A DNA stretch of 63,603 nt, the filler included, from Babesia bigemina (lineage: Eukaryota): the NCBI RefSeq assembly GCF_000981445.1. It is 10 parts of 10 records of this genome, joined end to end, with 100 filler letters (N's around TTAATTAATTAA, not from the genome) between each part and the next. Parts side by side here need not be neighbours in the genome. Positions count along the whole stretch, not along the records: positions 1 to 6,340 come from NW_012236955.1; positions 6,441 to 13,288 come from NW_012236956.1; 8 more parts are not named here. One strand, given 5' to 3'. The notes below the pieces were generated by a model. The model made no database searches, had not been told where the DNA came from, and worked only from the letters and a program-made list of their open reading frames with translations. Made by a program: the position numbers and the translations under genes. Below are positions 1 to 10,100 of this stretch, piece by piece. Position 1 is the first letter of the stretch. Every line of letters starts with the position of its first letter.

Positions 1-500
1 CGATGTAGAGTGGATAAAGGGGCGATGTAGAGTGGGTTAAGGGGCGATGGAGAGTGGGTTGAGGGGCGATGGAGAGTGGGTTGAGGGGCGATGTAGAGTG
101 GGTAGAGGGGCGATGTAGAGTGGGTAGAGGGGCGATGTAGAGTGGATAAAGGGGCGATGTAGAGTGGGTTAGGGAGCGATGTAGAGTGGATAAAGGAGCG
201 ATGTAGAGTGGATAAAGGGGCGATGTAGAGTGGGTTAGGGAGCGATGTAGAGTGGATAAAGGGGCGATGTAGAGTGGATAAAAGGGCGATGTAGAGTGGA
301 TAGAGGAGCGATGTAGAGTGGGTTAGGGAGCGATGTAGAGTGGATTAAGGAGCGATGTAGAGTGGGTAAGGAGCGATGTGGAGTGGGTTAAGGGGCGATG
401 TAGAGTGGGTTAAGGGGCGATGTAGAGTGCGTTAAGGGGCGATGTAGAGTGGGTTAAGGGGCGATGTAGAGTGGCTAAAGGGGCGATGTAGAGTGGATAA
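1..500. repeat. 22-bp minisatellite R22 (+ strand GCGATGTAGAGTGGGTTAGGGA variants), distal 3' flank of ves copy 1
   Basis: CGATG recurs every 22 (sometimes 21) nt. Confidence 0.97.
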
Positions 501-516
501 TAATCACCACTTAGGT

Positions 517-579
517 CATGTCATCGCTGCCGTTACCATGTCATCGCTGCCGTGACCATATCATCGCTGCCGTGACCAT
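517..579. repeat. 20-bp minisatellite R20 (CATGTCATCGCTGCCGTGAC), 3 units
   Basis: Direct tandem units between the junction motif and R12. Confidence 0.92.
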
Positions 580-583
580 CAAC

Positions 584-870
584 TTGGTCAGCACGTTGGT
601 CACTACTTTGGTCAACACGTTGGTCAGCTACTAGGTCAGCACATAGGTCAGCACATAGGTCAGCACATAGGTCAGCACATAGGTCACCAGGTTTGTCATG
701 GCATTGGTCACCACTTTGGTCATGGCATTGGTCACCACGTTAGTCAACACCTTGGTCAACACCTTGGTCAACACGTTGGTCAACACGTTGGTCAACACTT
801 TGGTCATGGCATTGGTCAGCACATTGGTCAGCACGTTGGTCAACACATTGTCACCACATTGGTCAACACT
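584..870. repeat. 12-bp minisatellite R12 (TTGGTCAGCACA variants)
   Basis: TGGTCA recurs every 12 nt. Confidence 0.95.
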
Positions 871-994
871 TCAGTTAACTATTACACAATCACATACAAC
901 GAGTAATGGGTGATTCAACAGATTAAAGCACAATTCATAAGTTAGGTGAGTAGGTGACGCTAGGTGAGTGTAGATAGTAGGCACGTGAGTACGA
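871..994 (-). other. Conserved A-type 3' flanking block (putative 3' UTR) of ves copies
   Basis: Near-identical blocks at about 26298-26412, 40837-40960, 43036-43158, 50031-50153, 59919-60042. Confidence 0.8.
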
Positions 995-3900
995 TTAAGG
1001 TTGTAGATAAAACACCCTGTTAAGCTTGTTAACACGTGCAGCAGCGAGTAGTGATTGAGCAGCAATGCGATGACTCGAGGGACTATGCAGATGCGATTTG
1101 ATGTGGAGCAGGTCGAGGCGGATGACCATGATGTGGAGGAGGTACAACAGAGAGAGGAGCCAGAGGGAAAGGACAAGGTAGGAGAAGGGTTGTCTGATGA
1201 TCCATAAGAAGTTGTCACATTCTTCGAACAGCTTCTTGAAATATTCTGAATTGAGAACTTTCTTCAACTGACTACAGAAATCAGAGCACTTCTTTGGCGA
1301 TTCACTATTCAACGTCGACGCCTCACCAAAGACGAAGCCATACTGGTAGAGCGTTGGTGCGACGCCTTTGCAGTCGACGATAGAAGGGCATTGGCAATTC
1401 GATTGCTTGGTCTTGTCGTTGACCGATCCATGCTCCCCCTTCTTACACTTATCTCCCCTCAGACACCCACGGCAGCCCCAGTCCTGGCAGTTGATGGAGC
1501 AGAAGGAATTGTAGAGATTGTTGAGTAGGTCCCAGAATGACCACGGGAGGTAGATGGCCCAGGAGAGGTAGGTGTTGGATTGTTTCTGGGTTGAATAAAT
1601 ATACGCATCTACGCACAGTGATGTGAGGTAAGGTGCACATTGAAGTTTCTCATCTTTCTTCCGGCATACGGTATTCATCGACAGACTTGACAGGTCAACA
1701 AGTGGACCTAGGTGGTTTTTATCTTGATGAATAGTCTGGCTGCTGCCATACGCATTTGCGAGAGCATTTGTCAGCTTGCTTGTGTCGTCATATAGTTCAA
1801 TGGATTGCTTCTTGATGGCTTCTTCAATGGATTCCATAATGAGGCCTTTGCGTGAAGTTTTCGTACTGTGCCAACCATCAACCAACGATAATACGAAACC
1901 GTAGTGTTCGGGCAATGATGCCGGCGTTTTTGGAGCTAGGCAGAATAGAGACGACAAATAGAAGTTTGAGAAAAGTTTTTCCAAAATTTCACATATATCC
2001 TCACCTCTGCGCGTGGACCCAGAGAAACCCCTGAATCCAAGTGGAGTTAAGCAGGGCATACCTTTTTTGGAAGCGGACGGACAGTTGGCGCAGTCATATT
2101 TGCATCCAATGGAACTCAATTGGTGAGGCTGGTGACCGGGAAGTGAGTCGCTTATGTAGCTCATTAGTGGCGACGTTGGTTGACAATTTGCTTTTGTGCT
2201 AGGTTTGTCGGTTGAGTGGTTGTTACATGGCCATTTGGTTGTCGTGACGTCCTTGCCGTAAAGGCATTGCGACCAGCCACCGTGCATAGCGCTTAGCTTG
2301 CATCGGCTGAACAGATATTGGAGCTGCGGTAACATCCTACGTAGGATATCAACGATGGTATACAAGCATTCCTCCCCTGACGCTGGATACTTTAGCTTAA
2401 GTGAGTTAGTACAGAAGTCAGCTGCGTACGTTGTGAATTCGTCACCGTGACCAGCAATAGTGGCCAACACGTCGTATGAAGTTGAGCAGATATGGTCCAA
2501 CGCTGCATTAATGTCGCCATGTGTTACCCTATTAGGATAGGTATCGGCGTAGTAGGCTTTCAGGTCGTCGAACTCCACTTCGAAGTCAGCATCACCCGTC
2601 TCTATCGGTTTCCGCTTGGGCTTCGTCAGGACGCTAGTCAAACCGTCAGATAGTAACACGGCATACACGTTGTTGTACGGCAAACCCGCGAACCAAACAA
2701 GCATCTCGTACACGGAGCACGGCTGCCTCCTTGCATTGAAAGTGGACAGGTGACATACCTGATTATAGGTTTCTAAGCAATCGAAGAGACTGTTGATTGC
2801 GTGTTTAGTGTCAGCAGAGGAATTAAAAACACACGGATAATTGCCAACGATTTTCACTCGAACTGCCGTACCATTCATCTCGTCACTACGCCTCAGCTCA
2901 CCGTCTTGTGACTTAGAGTCCTTGGCTACGACGTAACCGTAGCGCTTGAATAAACATCCCAGATCGGAAGAGAGACTGATTGTACTTTTGGAGAAACGTC
3001 TGTCACATTCTGCCTTTAACGTACTCATATCCTCAAAAATCATTCCGAGCATGGTAACAAAAACCTTGGCGCAGCACTGAGCGTCGGCGGTTAATGTCTC
3101 TTTATTCTCCTTCGTGTCAACCCACTTCATCGCAGGATACCCCTCGTACTTGTTTATGTACGCGTTGTCAAGCTCATTTACGAGAGCCGTAAGACCGGTC
3201 TTTACTGTGTCAAGTAATTGGGGATTTTGAGGGGCGGCGAACTGCTTGGATGAAAAGGCGACGATTTCTTCTTTTAGCTTCTCATGTTTTGCGGCAGCAA
3301 TATGGTCATAGTGAGCATACGTGGCATACGAAAGATGTTCGAAAAGTTTGCTGAAGGCCTTTTTGATATTCTCGAGCTGAGTATGCTGCGGAGACAGCCT
3401 GTGGATCTGAATCATAATGTAAGTTATTAGCCCAGTTATAACAGCGTTAATATCGGTAAACATGGAGTTCAACCGTTCTTTAATTCTAATTTCGCCTAAG
3501 TTACTATTCATTTTTTTAAGTAAACCTTTTATTCCGTTGTCGAAATCTTTCTTCATTATTTTTTCCATACTAACTGCTCGCTCCTCAACCAATTCTTTTA
3601 AAGCATTCAGGTCTGCATGTCGTTCGTTGGCAAACAAATTTTGGACTTCGGAGGTTATAATGGAAAACGCATCCTTCACTTCCTGGGTAAGATCATTAGC
3701 AAGCGCTCTGATGGCGCGCTCAGCCATTTGATGAGCATCGATGACCGATACATGAACGGCACGTATGGCCTTCTGTATTTCCGCTGCAGCTTTATTGACA
3801 TCTCTTTCCACATTTTCGATTTTCCTTTGAAGCTTATCGAGCTCCGCCTTCAACTGTTGTAACAATGTCTCCGTCTCCGTGCGCAGTTTAGTCACTTCCC

Positions 3901-5548
3901 CTGGCACCTCTTGCATAGTTCTAACTTTGAGAAGCACATGGTCTATAGCTTCTTTGACCTTTGATTTTGTACCACCGTTATCAGCATCCTTCTTGAACAG
4001 ATCTATAGCATTTTGAAGGCCCGCTTTGTTTACACTCATGTCCTTGATATCTTCAATTTCTTTTGATGTTTTAATCCCGTCGATTTTCTTATATACTGTT
4101 TCGTTTGAAATGCCACCGTTCTTGATCTGCGTGGTGAGTTCCTGAAAAACATCGCTGAATTTTTTGCCTTTCGTCGATTTCACTGCCTCGATAGCGTTAT
4201 GCATTTTTTGTTTGAGATCACCGACAAGCTCTTCGTAAAATGTGCCTTTATCGTTTTGTTTTTCACCAAGCTGCTTTAATACATCCTTGAAGTAACCGAA
4301 AAGCCTTGTATCCCACTCCAACTTCTTTATGGCATTAAAAAGTCCACCAGTGCGCATCGCCGTATCAGACCATGCGTGCAAGTTTCGAGTAACCTCTTTA
4401 TCCAGAGCAGTATTGAACTCTTGAATGACCACATTGGCACTTTGGGCGTTACTAGCGCTTCCAATGCCATCCTTAAGCTTATTAATGACTTCCTCAATTG
4501 GACGATCGATCTCAGCCTTTAATTTATTCAAACCTTTGTCCACTTCCGTTCCTAGATTCCCAAGCGCCGCTGTCGCTTCGCCGACCAATGCACAGACTTT
4601 ATTGTACGCCTCTCTAGCCGTAGCCTGAACGGCCTCCTCTAGATTAGAAACTTCCTGCTGCGCTGCTCTAACCTGTACCTCAATGTTGGACCTGATGTTC
4701 TCAACGTCGTCATGTATCGTGGAATTCGTCTTACCACCTTTCGTGTTCTTTTCTTTGTCAAGATCCTGCAATTTCTCCCTTATGACATCAAAATTCTGCA
4801 GAATAACTTTTTTATACTTTTCATCAAAACCTTGATCTGACCCACCAACCAACATATCAACACTTCTTTTAGCTATTTTGACATCAGATTTGACAGTCGT
4901 AAACTGGGAAACCTCCACATCATCGAGATTCAATATATACGTGTAAACCTCATTAAGTTTTTTATCCAACGCCCTTTTAAGTTCCTCTGATTTATTATCA
5001 ATTTGGCCACAGACATACACTTTTTGCTCCACCAACTCGTGATCAACAGCTGCAACCTGTGTCTCGTATTCCTTATTATCGCCAACTTTTTTCAATTGAT
5101 CGATCACCTTTATTATAGGTTCAATTTCATTATTCAATCTGTCATGTAGTGCGCTGTCTAATTCATTAACGTGGTTATATTTAATTTTCGTAACCTCTTT
5201 TTTTAGGTTACGAAGCATAATCTTCCAGGCCTCCAGTTGAGTGGCAAGTGGAGCATTTTCTTGCTTCATCACCTCTTGATAATATGTACCTGCAACAGAA
5301 TTAAGACCACTACTCAACTCACCTAATTTGTCTGTCACTGCTTTTGTCTTCTTGCCTACCTCCCTCTCATACCCCTCCAACCACCCCTTCACCGCGCCGA
5401 CAGCATCCACAAGCCCAGTACGCCCGGAGCCAATTTTTTTATTTACCTCTTCTAGTACTGTTTCTAGTCTCTTATCAAGATGTTTGTCATAAGTTGTCAC
5501 TTCATTCTCATCCTTCACCGCACCAAGCACACCACTCAAAAATCCCAT
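995..5548 (-). CDS. ves1: ves1-like variant surface antigen, copy 1 (A-type tail); 5' leader interrupted, possibly a silent cassette
   Basis: Frame open 995-5701; first ATG 5548 (MGFLSGVL). Motifs YSDLDRLCD, PCSVYEMLVW, GMPCLTPLGFRGFSG, TM, LDLLHIKSH...RVFYLQP. Family assignment from recalled motifs, no search run. Confidence 0.8.
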   Translation of the reverse strand: MGFLSGVLGAVKDENEVTTYDKHLDKRLETVLEEVNKKIGSGRTGLVDAVGAVKGWLEGYEREVGKKTKAVTDKLGELSSGLNSVAGTYYQEVMKQENAPLATQLEAWKIMLRNLKKEVTKIKYNHVNELDSALHDRLNNEIEPIIKVIDQLKKVGDNKEYETQVAAVDHELVEQKVYVCGQIDNKSEELKRALDKKLNEVYTYILNLDDVEVSQFTTVKSDVKIAKRSVDMLVGGSDQGFDEKYKKVILQNFDVIREKLQDLDKEKNTKGGKTNSTIHDDVENIRSNIEVQVRAAQQEVSNLEEAVQATAREAYNKVCALVGEATAALGNLGTEVDKGLNKLKAEIDRPIEEVINKLKDGIGSASNAQSANVVIQEFNTALDKEVTRNLHAWSDTAMRTGGLFNAIKKLEWDTRLFGYFKDVLKQLGEKQNDKGTFYEELVGDLKQKMHNAIEAVKSTKGKKFSDVFQELTTQIKNGGISNETVYKKIDGIKTSKEIEDIKDMSVNKAGLQNAIDLFKKDADNGGTKSKVKEAIDHVLLKVRTMQEVPGEVTKLRTETETLLQQLKAELDKLQRKIENVERDVNKAAAEIQKAIRAVHVSVIDAHQMAERAIRALANDLTQEVKDAFSIITSEVQNLFANERHADLNALKELVEERAVSMEKIMKKDFDNGIKGLLKKMNSNLGEIRIKERLNSMFTDINAVITGLITYIMIQIHRLSPQHTQLENIKKAFSKLFEHLSYATYAHYDHIAAAKHEKLKEEIVAFSSKQFAAPQNPQLLDTVKTGLTALVNELDNAYINKYEGYPAMKWVDTKENKETLTADAQCCAKVFVTMLGMIFEDMSTLKAECDRRFSKSTISLSSDLGCLFKRYGYVVAKDSKSQDGELRRSDEMNGTAVRVKIVGNYPCVFNSSADTKHAINSLFDCLETYNQVCHLSTFNARRQPCSVYEMLVWFAGLPYNNVYAVLLSDGLTSVLTKPKRKPIETGDADFEVEFDDLKAYYADTYPNRVTHGDINAALDHICSTSYDVLATIAGHGDEFTTYAADFCTNSLKLKYPASGEECLYTIVDILRRMLPQLQYLFSRCKLSAMHGGWSQCLYGKDVTTTKWPCNNHSTDKPSTKANCQPTSPLMSYISDSLPGHQPHQLSSIGCKYDCANCPSASKKGMPCLTPLGFRGFSGSTRRGEDICEILEKLFSNFYLSSLFCLAPKTPASLPEHYGFVLSLVDGWHSTKTSRKGLIMESIEEAIKKQSIELYDDTSKLTNALANAYGSSQTIHQDKNHLGPLVDLSSLSMNTVCRKKDEKLQCAPYLTSLCVDAYIYSTQKQSNTYLSWAIYLPWSFWDLLNNLYNSFCSINCQDWGCRGCLRGDKCKKGEHGSVNDKTKQSNCQCPSIVDCKGVAPTLYQYGFVFGEASTLNSESPKKCSDFCSQLKKVLNSEYFKKLFEECDNFLWIIRQPFSYLVLSLWLLSLLYLLHIMVIRLDLLHIKSHLHSPSSHRIAAQSLLAAARVNKLNRVFYLQP

Positions 5549-5853
5549 CACCCCGTCACACAGCCTGTCAAGGTCAGAGTACACAATCCCACTGCCGTCG
5601 TAGCCTTTTGACTCAGGGTTGAAGCCTAGGAAGGTCTCGAGACCAGTGCAGAGGTTATTAAGGATGATAGTAGGCTTATTATTTGAGGTGTTTTTAGCGT
5701 TTTAAATTTTGTCAAATTTCTTGCCAAGCTCCCTAGGCGGCACATGGTCAGGGCAGTGGCAAGAGGTGGAAGAGGGGAAGTGAAGGGTGACAAGGCACAA
5801 GTCATTATTATGGTTTAAGGAGGTCATAGCGTTAATATGGCGAGGTAAATCGA
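5549..5853 (-). other. Conserved cassette leader: ATG 5827 in frame with ORF, TAA at codon 42 (5702-5704)
   Basis: Manual translation MTSLNHNNDLCLVTLHFPSSTSCHCPDHVPPRELGKKFDKI*NAKNTS...GIVYSD. Confidence 0.85.
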
Positions 5854-6340
5854 GCGATGTAGAGTGGGTTAAGGGGCGATGTGGAGTGGGTTAAGGGGCG
5901 ATGTAGAGTGGGTTAAGGGGCGATGTAGAGTGGTTAAAGGGGCGATGTAGAGTGGGTTAGGTAGCGATGTGGAGTGGGTTAAGGAGCGATGTAGAGTGGA
6001 TTAAGGGGCGATGTAAGGTGGGTTAAGGGGCGATGTAGAGTGGATAAAGGAGCGATGTAGAGTGGGTTAAGGGGCGATGTAGAGTGAGTTAGGGAGCGAT
6101 GTAGAGTGGGTTAAGGGGCGATGTAGAGTGGATAAAGGGGCGATGTAGAGTGGATAAGGAGCGATGTGGAGTGGATTAGGGAGCGATGTGGAGTGGGTCA
6201 GGGAGCGATGTAGAGTGAGTAAAGGGGCGATGTAGAGTGGATAAGGAGCGATGTGGAGTGGATTAGGGAGCGATGTGGAGTGGGTTAGGGAGCGATGTGG
6301 AGAAGATAAAGGGGCGATGTAGAGTGGGTTAAGCGGCGAT
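5853..6340. repeat. R22 minisatellite upstream of ves copy 1
   Basis: 22-nt periodicity running into the gap. Confidence 0.97.
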
Positions 6341-6440
6341 NNNNNNNNNNNNNNNNNNNNNNNNNNNNNNNNNNNNNNNNNNNNTTAATTAATTAANNNN
6401 NNNNNNNNNNNNNNNNNNNNNNNNNNNNNNNNNNNNNNNN
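6341..6440. other. Artificial assembly linker (N44-TTAATTAATTAA-N44)
   Basis: Same 100-bp spacer with six-frame stops at 13289-13388, 20364-20463, 27501-27600, 34641-34740, 41818-41917, 49080-49179, 56355-56454, 58922-59021. Confidence 0.99.
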
Positions 6441-6890
6441 TCTACATCGCTCCCTAACCCACTCTACATCGCCCCTTTACCCACTCTACATCGCTCCTTT
6501 ATCCACTCCACATCGCCCCTTTATCCACCCTTCATCGCCCCTTTACCCACTCTACATCGCTCCCTAACCCATTCTACATCGCTCCCTAACCCACCCTACA
6601 TCGCCCCTTTATCCACTCTACATCGCTCCTTAACCCACTCTACATCGCCCCTTAACCCACTCTACATCGCTCCCTAACCCACTCTACATCGCTCCCTAAC
6701 CCACTCTACATCGCTCCCTAACCCACCCTACATCGCCCCTTTACCCACTCCACATCGCTCCCTTACCCACTCTACATCGCCCCTTATCCACTCTACATCG
6801 CTCCCTAACCCACTCTACATCGCTCCCTAACCCACTCTACATCGCCCCTTAACCCACTCTACATCGCTCCCTAACCCACTCTCCATCGCT
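6441..6890. repeat. R22 minisatellite (CCACTCTACATCGCTCCCTAAC) upstream of ves copy 2
   Basis: 22-nt tandem units ending at CTCGAATTACC. Confidence 0.97.
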
Positions 6891-7194
6891 CGAATTACCT
6901 CGCCATATTACCCCTATGACCTCTATAAACCATCCTAATAACTTGTGCCTTGTCACCCTTCACTTCCCTCCTTCCACCGCTTGCCACTGCCCTGACCATG
7001 TGCCGCCTAGGGAGCTTGACAAGAAATTTGACTAAATTTTGAACCTATAAAACACCTTTAATAATAACCCTACTAACATCCTTACTAATCTCTGCTCTGG
7101 CCTTCAGACTTTCCTCGGCTTCAACTCTGAGTCAAAAGGCTACACTGGCCAGGGGATTGTCTACTCTGACCTTGACAGGCTGTGTGATGCAGTG
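6888..7194 (+). other. Conserved cassette leader: ATG 6916 in frame, TAA at codons 40 (7033) and 45 (7048)
   Basis: MTSINHPNNLCLVTLHFPPSTACHCPDHVPPRELDKKFD*ILNL*NTF...GIVYSD. Confidence 0.85.
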
Positions 7195-10100
7195 ATGGGA
7201 TTTTTGAGTGGTGTGCTTGGTGCGGTGAAGGATGACAATAATGTAAAACACTACGTAAAAAACATTGAACCTAAGCTTAATGATGTTATTTTTAAATTAC
7301 ATGACAGTGTTGGTAAGGGTGCCAGTGCGTTTGGGCCTTGCCTTGTAGAGGTTGGCCGGTGGTTGCATTATTATGATGAGCATGTTAGCAGACGTACCGA
7401 TTACATTAAGACTCATCTAGATAGTCTCGAAAACGAGATAACGCAAAATCAAAATGTCTTCAACACTGAGAAAACAAATAGCCTCGACAAGCAATACGCT
7501 GATTGGGATCGCCGCGCCAAGCTGTATGTGAGTAAGGTGGAAGAGGCTGAAAAGGCAACCAAGAAATTGGATCCAGAACTTCAGCAAATGTTAGAAAAAC
7601 CGATGAGATTAATCAAACAAAGTATTGAACAGTTTAAAAAAATCTGTGAAAATAGAGATTTGGATATTCTGTATGGTGCTGCAGCGGATGAGTTGGCGAA
7701 GCTGAAGGGGAGTGTGGAAAAGCATATCACAGAAAGAATTAAAACATTGGAACAACGTTTATTAAAAACTTTTGAAAAGAATATTCAAGGTGATATTAAC
7801 GATATTAGGAAGGATTTAATCGCTATCGATTCAGATCTGGGCGGTTGGATAACAGTGGCACAGGATATTGTGGAAAATGCTATATTGAAGTGTAATAAAG
7901 TATTGGCAATGGTGAATGAAAATCATGAGAAATACAAACTTTCGAAAAGTGGTCCCGAAATTCTTGTTAAAGCTAAATTATTACACGATAAAGCCATTGA
8001 CCTGAGGGCGGCAGCAGTAGCAGCCAGAGATGCTGTCAAAGAGAACGTCACTAACGCGTTGAAGACTGTCGTCGAAATGAACGGAAAGCTTATGGCCGAT
8101 CTGAATGATATGAAAAGTCATATTTACAATGCCGTTGAAGCTTATGTTAAGAAGACTCTGTTAACTGATGTAAAATCTAAGGTTAGTCAGATTCTAAATG
8201 GCCACCAATCGAATGGTATAAAGCAAATTATAGAGCACGTGAAAGAGCATGCTGCAAAATTTAAGAACTCTGCGACGTTTGGAGATATGGTTCAAGCATG
8301 GGTATGCGAGATATTGCAGGAGAACAAGGATATTGTGAAAAGTAGGCTTGAGACTTATGTTACGCAAACTAAGCTACAGTTCACAAACCGGGAATATCAG
8401 AATCAAGAGAAAGATAAAATTAACGACAAATTCAGGCAGGAGATTGCGAAAGTGATTATGAGTCATCTTGAGAGAGAAGTCTATAGTACGGGCAATGTAA
8501 CATTCGTTGGTGAGTCTACTGGTAAATTCGCAAAGGATTTGCAAACCGTTCAAGCAACTTGCAAACAATTTGCTATGCAGCTTGATAAGAAGGTTAATGC
8601 TGACATATATAGTGAGTTCTTCGACAGCGTAACTAGGGCCATTGAAGAGAAGTTGACAGGTAAGCAACACGGCAACTCGGATCTCCACACAGCCGTCTAC
8701 TACATCCTCAAAGCTCTCCCAAAGAAAGTCCGAGATGCTTCCACGGAACTGAATTTGTTGGTCCGTGACGGCGTCAAACAGGCCAATCTTGGAAACGTGG
8801 AGACGTCCTTTAGTGTTGCGGAAGCAATTAACACCGCATTAGGAGAGGCTGTAGCCACTAGCACGTTATCATCCAATGCGAAACATCCATATGACGTGGA
8901 TAATAAAATTCACGGCGTATTGAACGACAACATTGGGATGAGTACTAAAGGTGTAGCCGTTGACATAACGCACAAGAATTCCATTTTGCAGGGATATAAG
9001 GGGCACGTGTCTCAATCACCAAAGAGCACAACTGCTACGTCAGACATTCCAGAACCAATAGACGGCGCTCTTCCACAGGCGATCAAAGGCGTTAGAGACA
9101 TTGGTCTTCATAGCCTCACAACTGGTGGAGATATCACTAACATCCTAGACTCCGCAAATCACATCTTCGAGCAAGCGTTCGCCGAAATAAAAAAACAGCT
9201 CAAAGGTCTGACAAAGTTGGTTGGTGATGAGGGGCATGTTTTGGAAAGTGAGAAGGGTATCAGAACACTTTTAAATGATTTGAAAAAATTGCTTGGAACG
9301 GGTAGCTATAACGTTTGGGATGTTTTTATCAATTCTCTAGGGAAACTCCACCAGCGCATGAATCGTATCATTGGTGCTAGCGTGGCAAAATTAATCGGAA
9401 AAGCTGCAAATTTCCATGATGTCACTATCCCACAGCAAACGACGCATACTACGAAGGATGTTTTGAATGCTGTTGAAACTCATGTTACTTCGGCTACCAC
9501 CAGCATTGCAATCATAGCGCAAGAATTGTATGCTGATAGGAAAAGAAAAGGGCTTGATGATTTGAAATTACTCTGTGCAACCGAAATCGGTGGCATTGAT
9601 GTTATAATTAAGAGCCATTTCGAATGTGGAATGAAGGGTTTGATACGTCACGTGAAATACGGAATTTCACAATTTTCGAATCTTCCACCATCTCTAAGCG
9701 TACCACATTTGTCATCAAAAATTGCAGACTTCGGAGACATAGTATTAATTTACGTTGGACAGCAGGTTGAAACATCAGATAAGTCTGCAACCTCCCCCCC
9801 AACCACCGACCAACCCACCGACCCAGCCAAACAGCTAACCAAAATCAAAGATGCCTTCGACGAATTGCTTGGACATCTTCATACTCATGAAAATAATCGT
9901 AAATACATCTATGATCATCCTTTCACCGTTAAACTCACCACCCTCAAAAACGCCACTAACGATTTATCCCCCTCCGCCTTCGCCAACCCCCGGCACCCGG
10001 AGCTGCTCGATGCGGTCAGAGCGGGGCTGCAGGGGTTTGTCGAGGAGATGGAGCGGGTGTATGTGAACGGGTATGATGATGGAAACAAAATTAATTGGGA

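Noticed and set aside
871..1218. Recurrent alternative-frame ORF SGSSLCCTSSTSWSSAST and short antisense ORFs inside ves genes
   Set aside because: Shadows of conserved ves DNA with inconsistent starts and ends.
5702..5704. Stop-codon reassignment (TAA/TAG read as amino acid)
   Set aside because: In-frame stops occur only in the leader, never in the long bodies, and TAA ends every gene after YLQP.
995..5853. Cassettes as transposons or retroelements
   Set aside because: No transposase, RT or integrase motifs, TIRs, LTRs or target-site duplications seen.
6385..6396. TTAATTAATTAA palindrome
   Set aside because: Artificial six-frame-stop linker inside N runs.
5828..6915. Apparent head-to-head ves pair with a bidirectional promoter (also copies 3/4)
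   Set aside because: Spans an artificial gap between size-sorted contigs; orientation unsupported.
7400..9600. Ebh/SMC/myosin-like identity of the large ORFs
   Set aside because: Generic helical/coiled-coil composition; the conserved Cys-rich half, TM and tail indicate the ves family.
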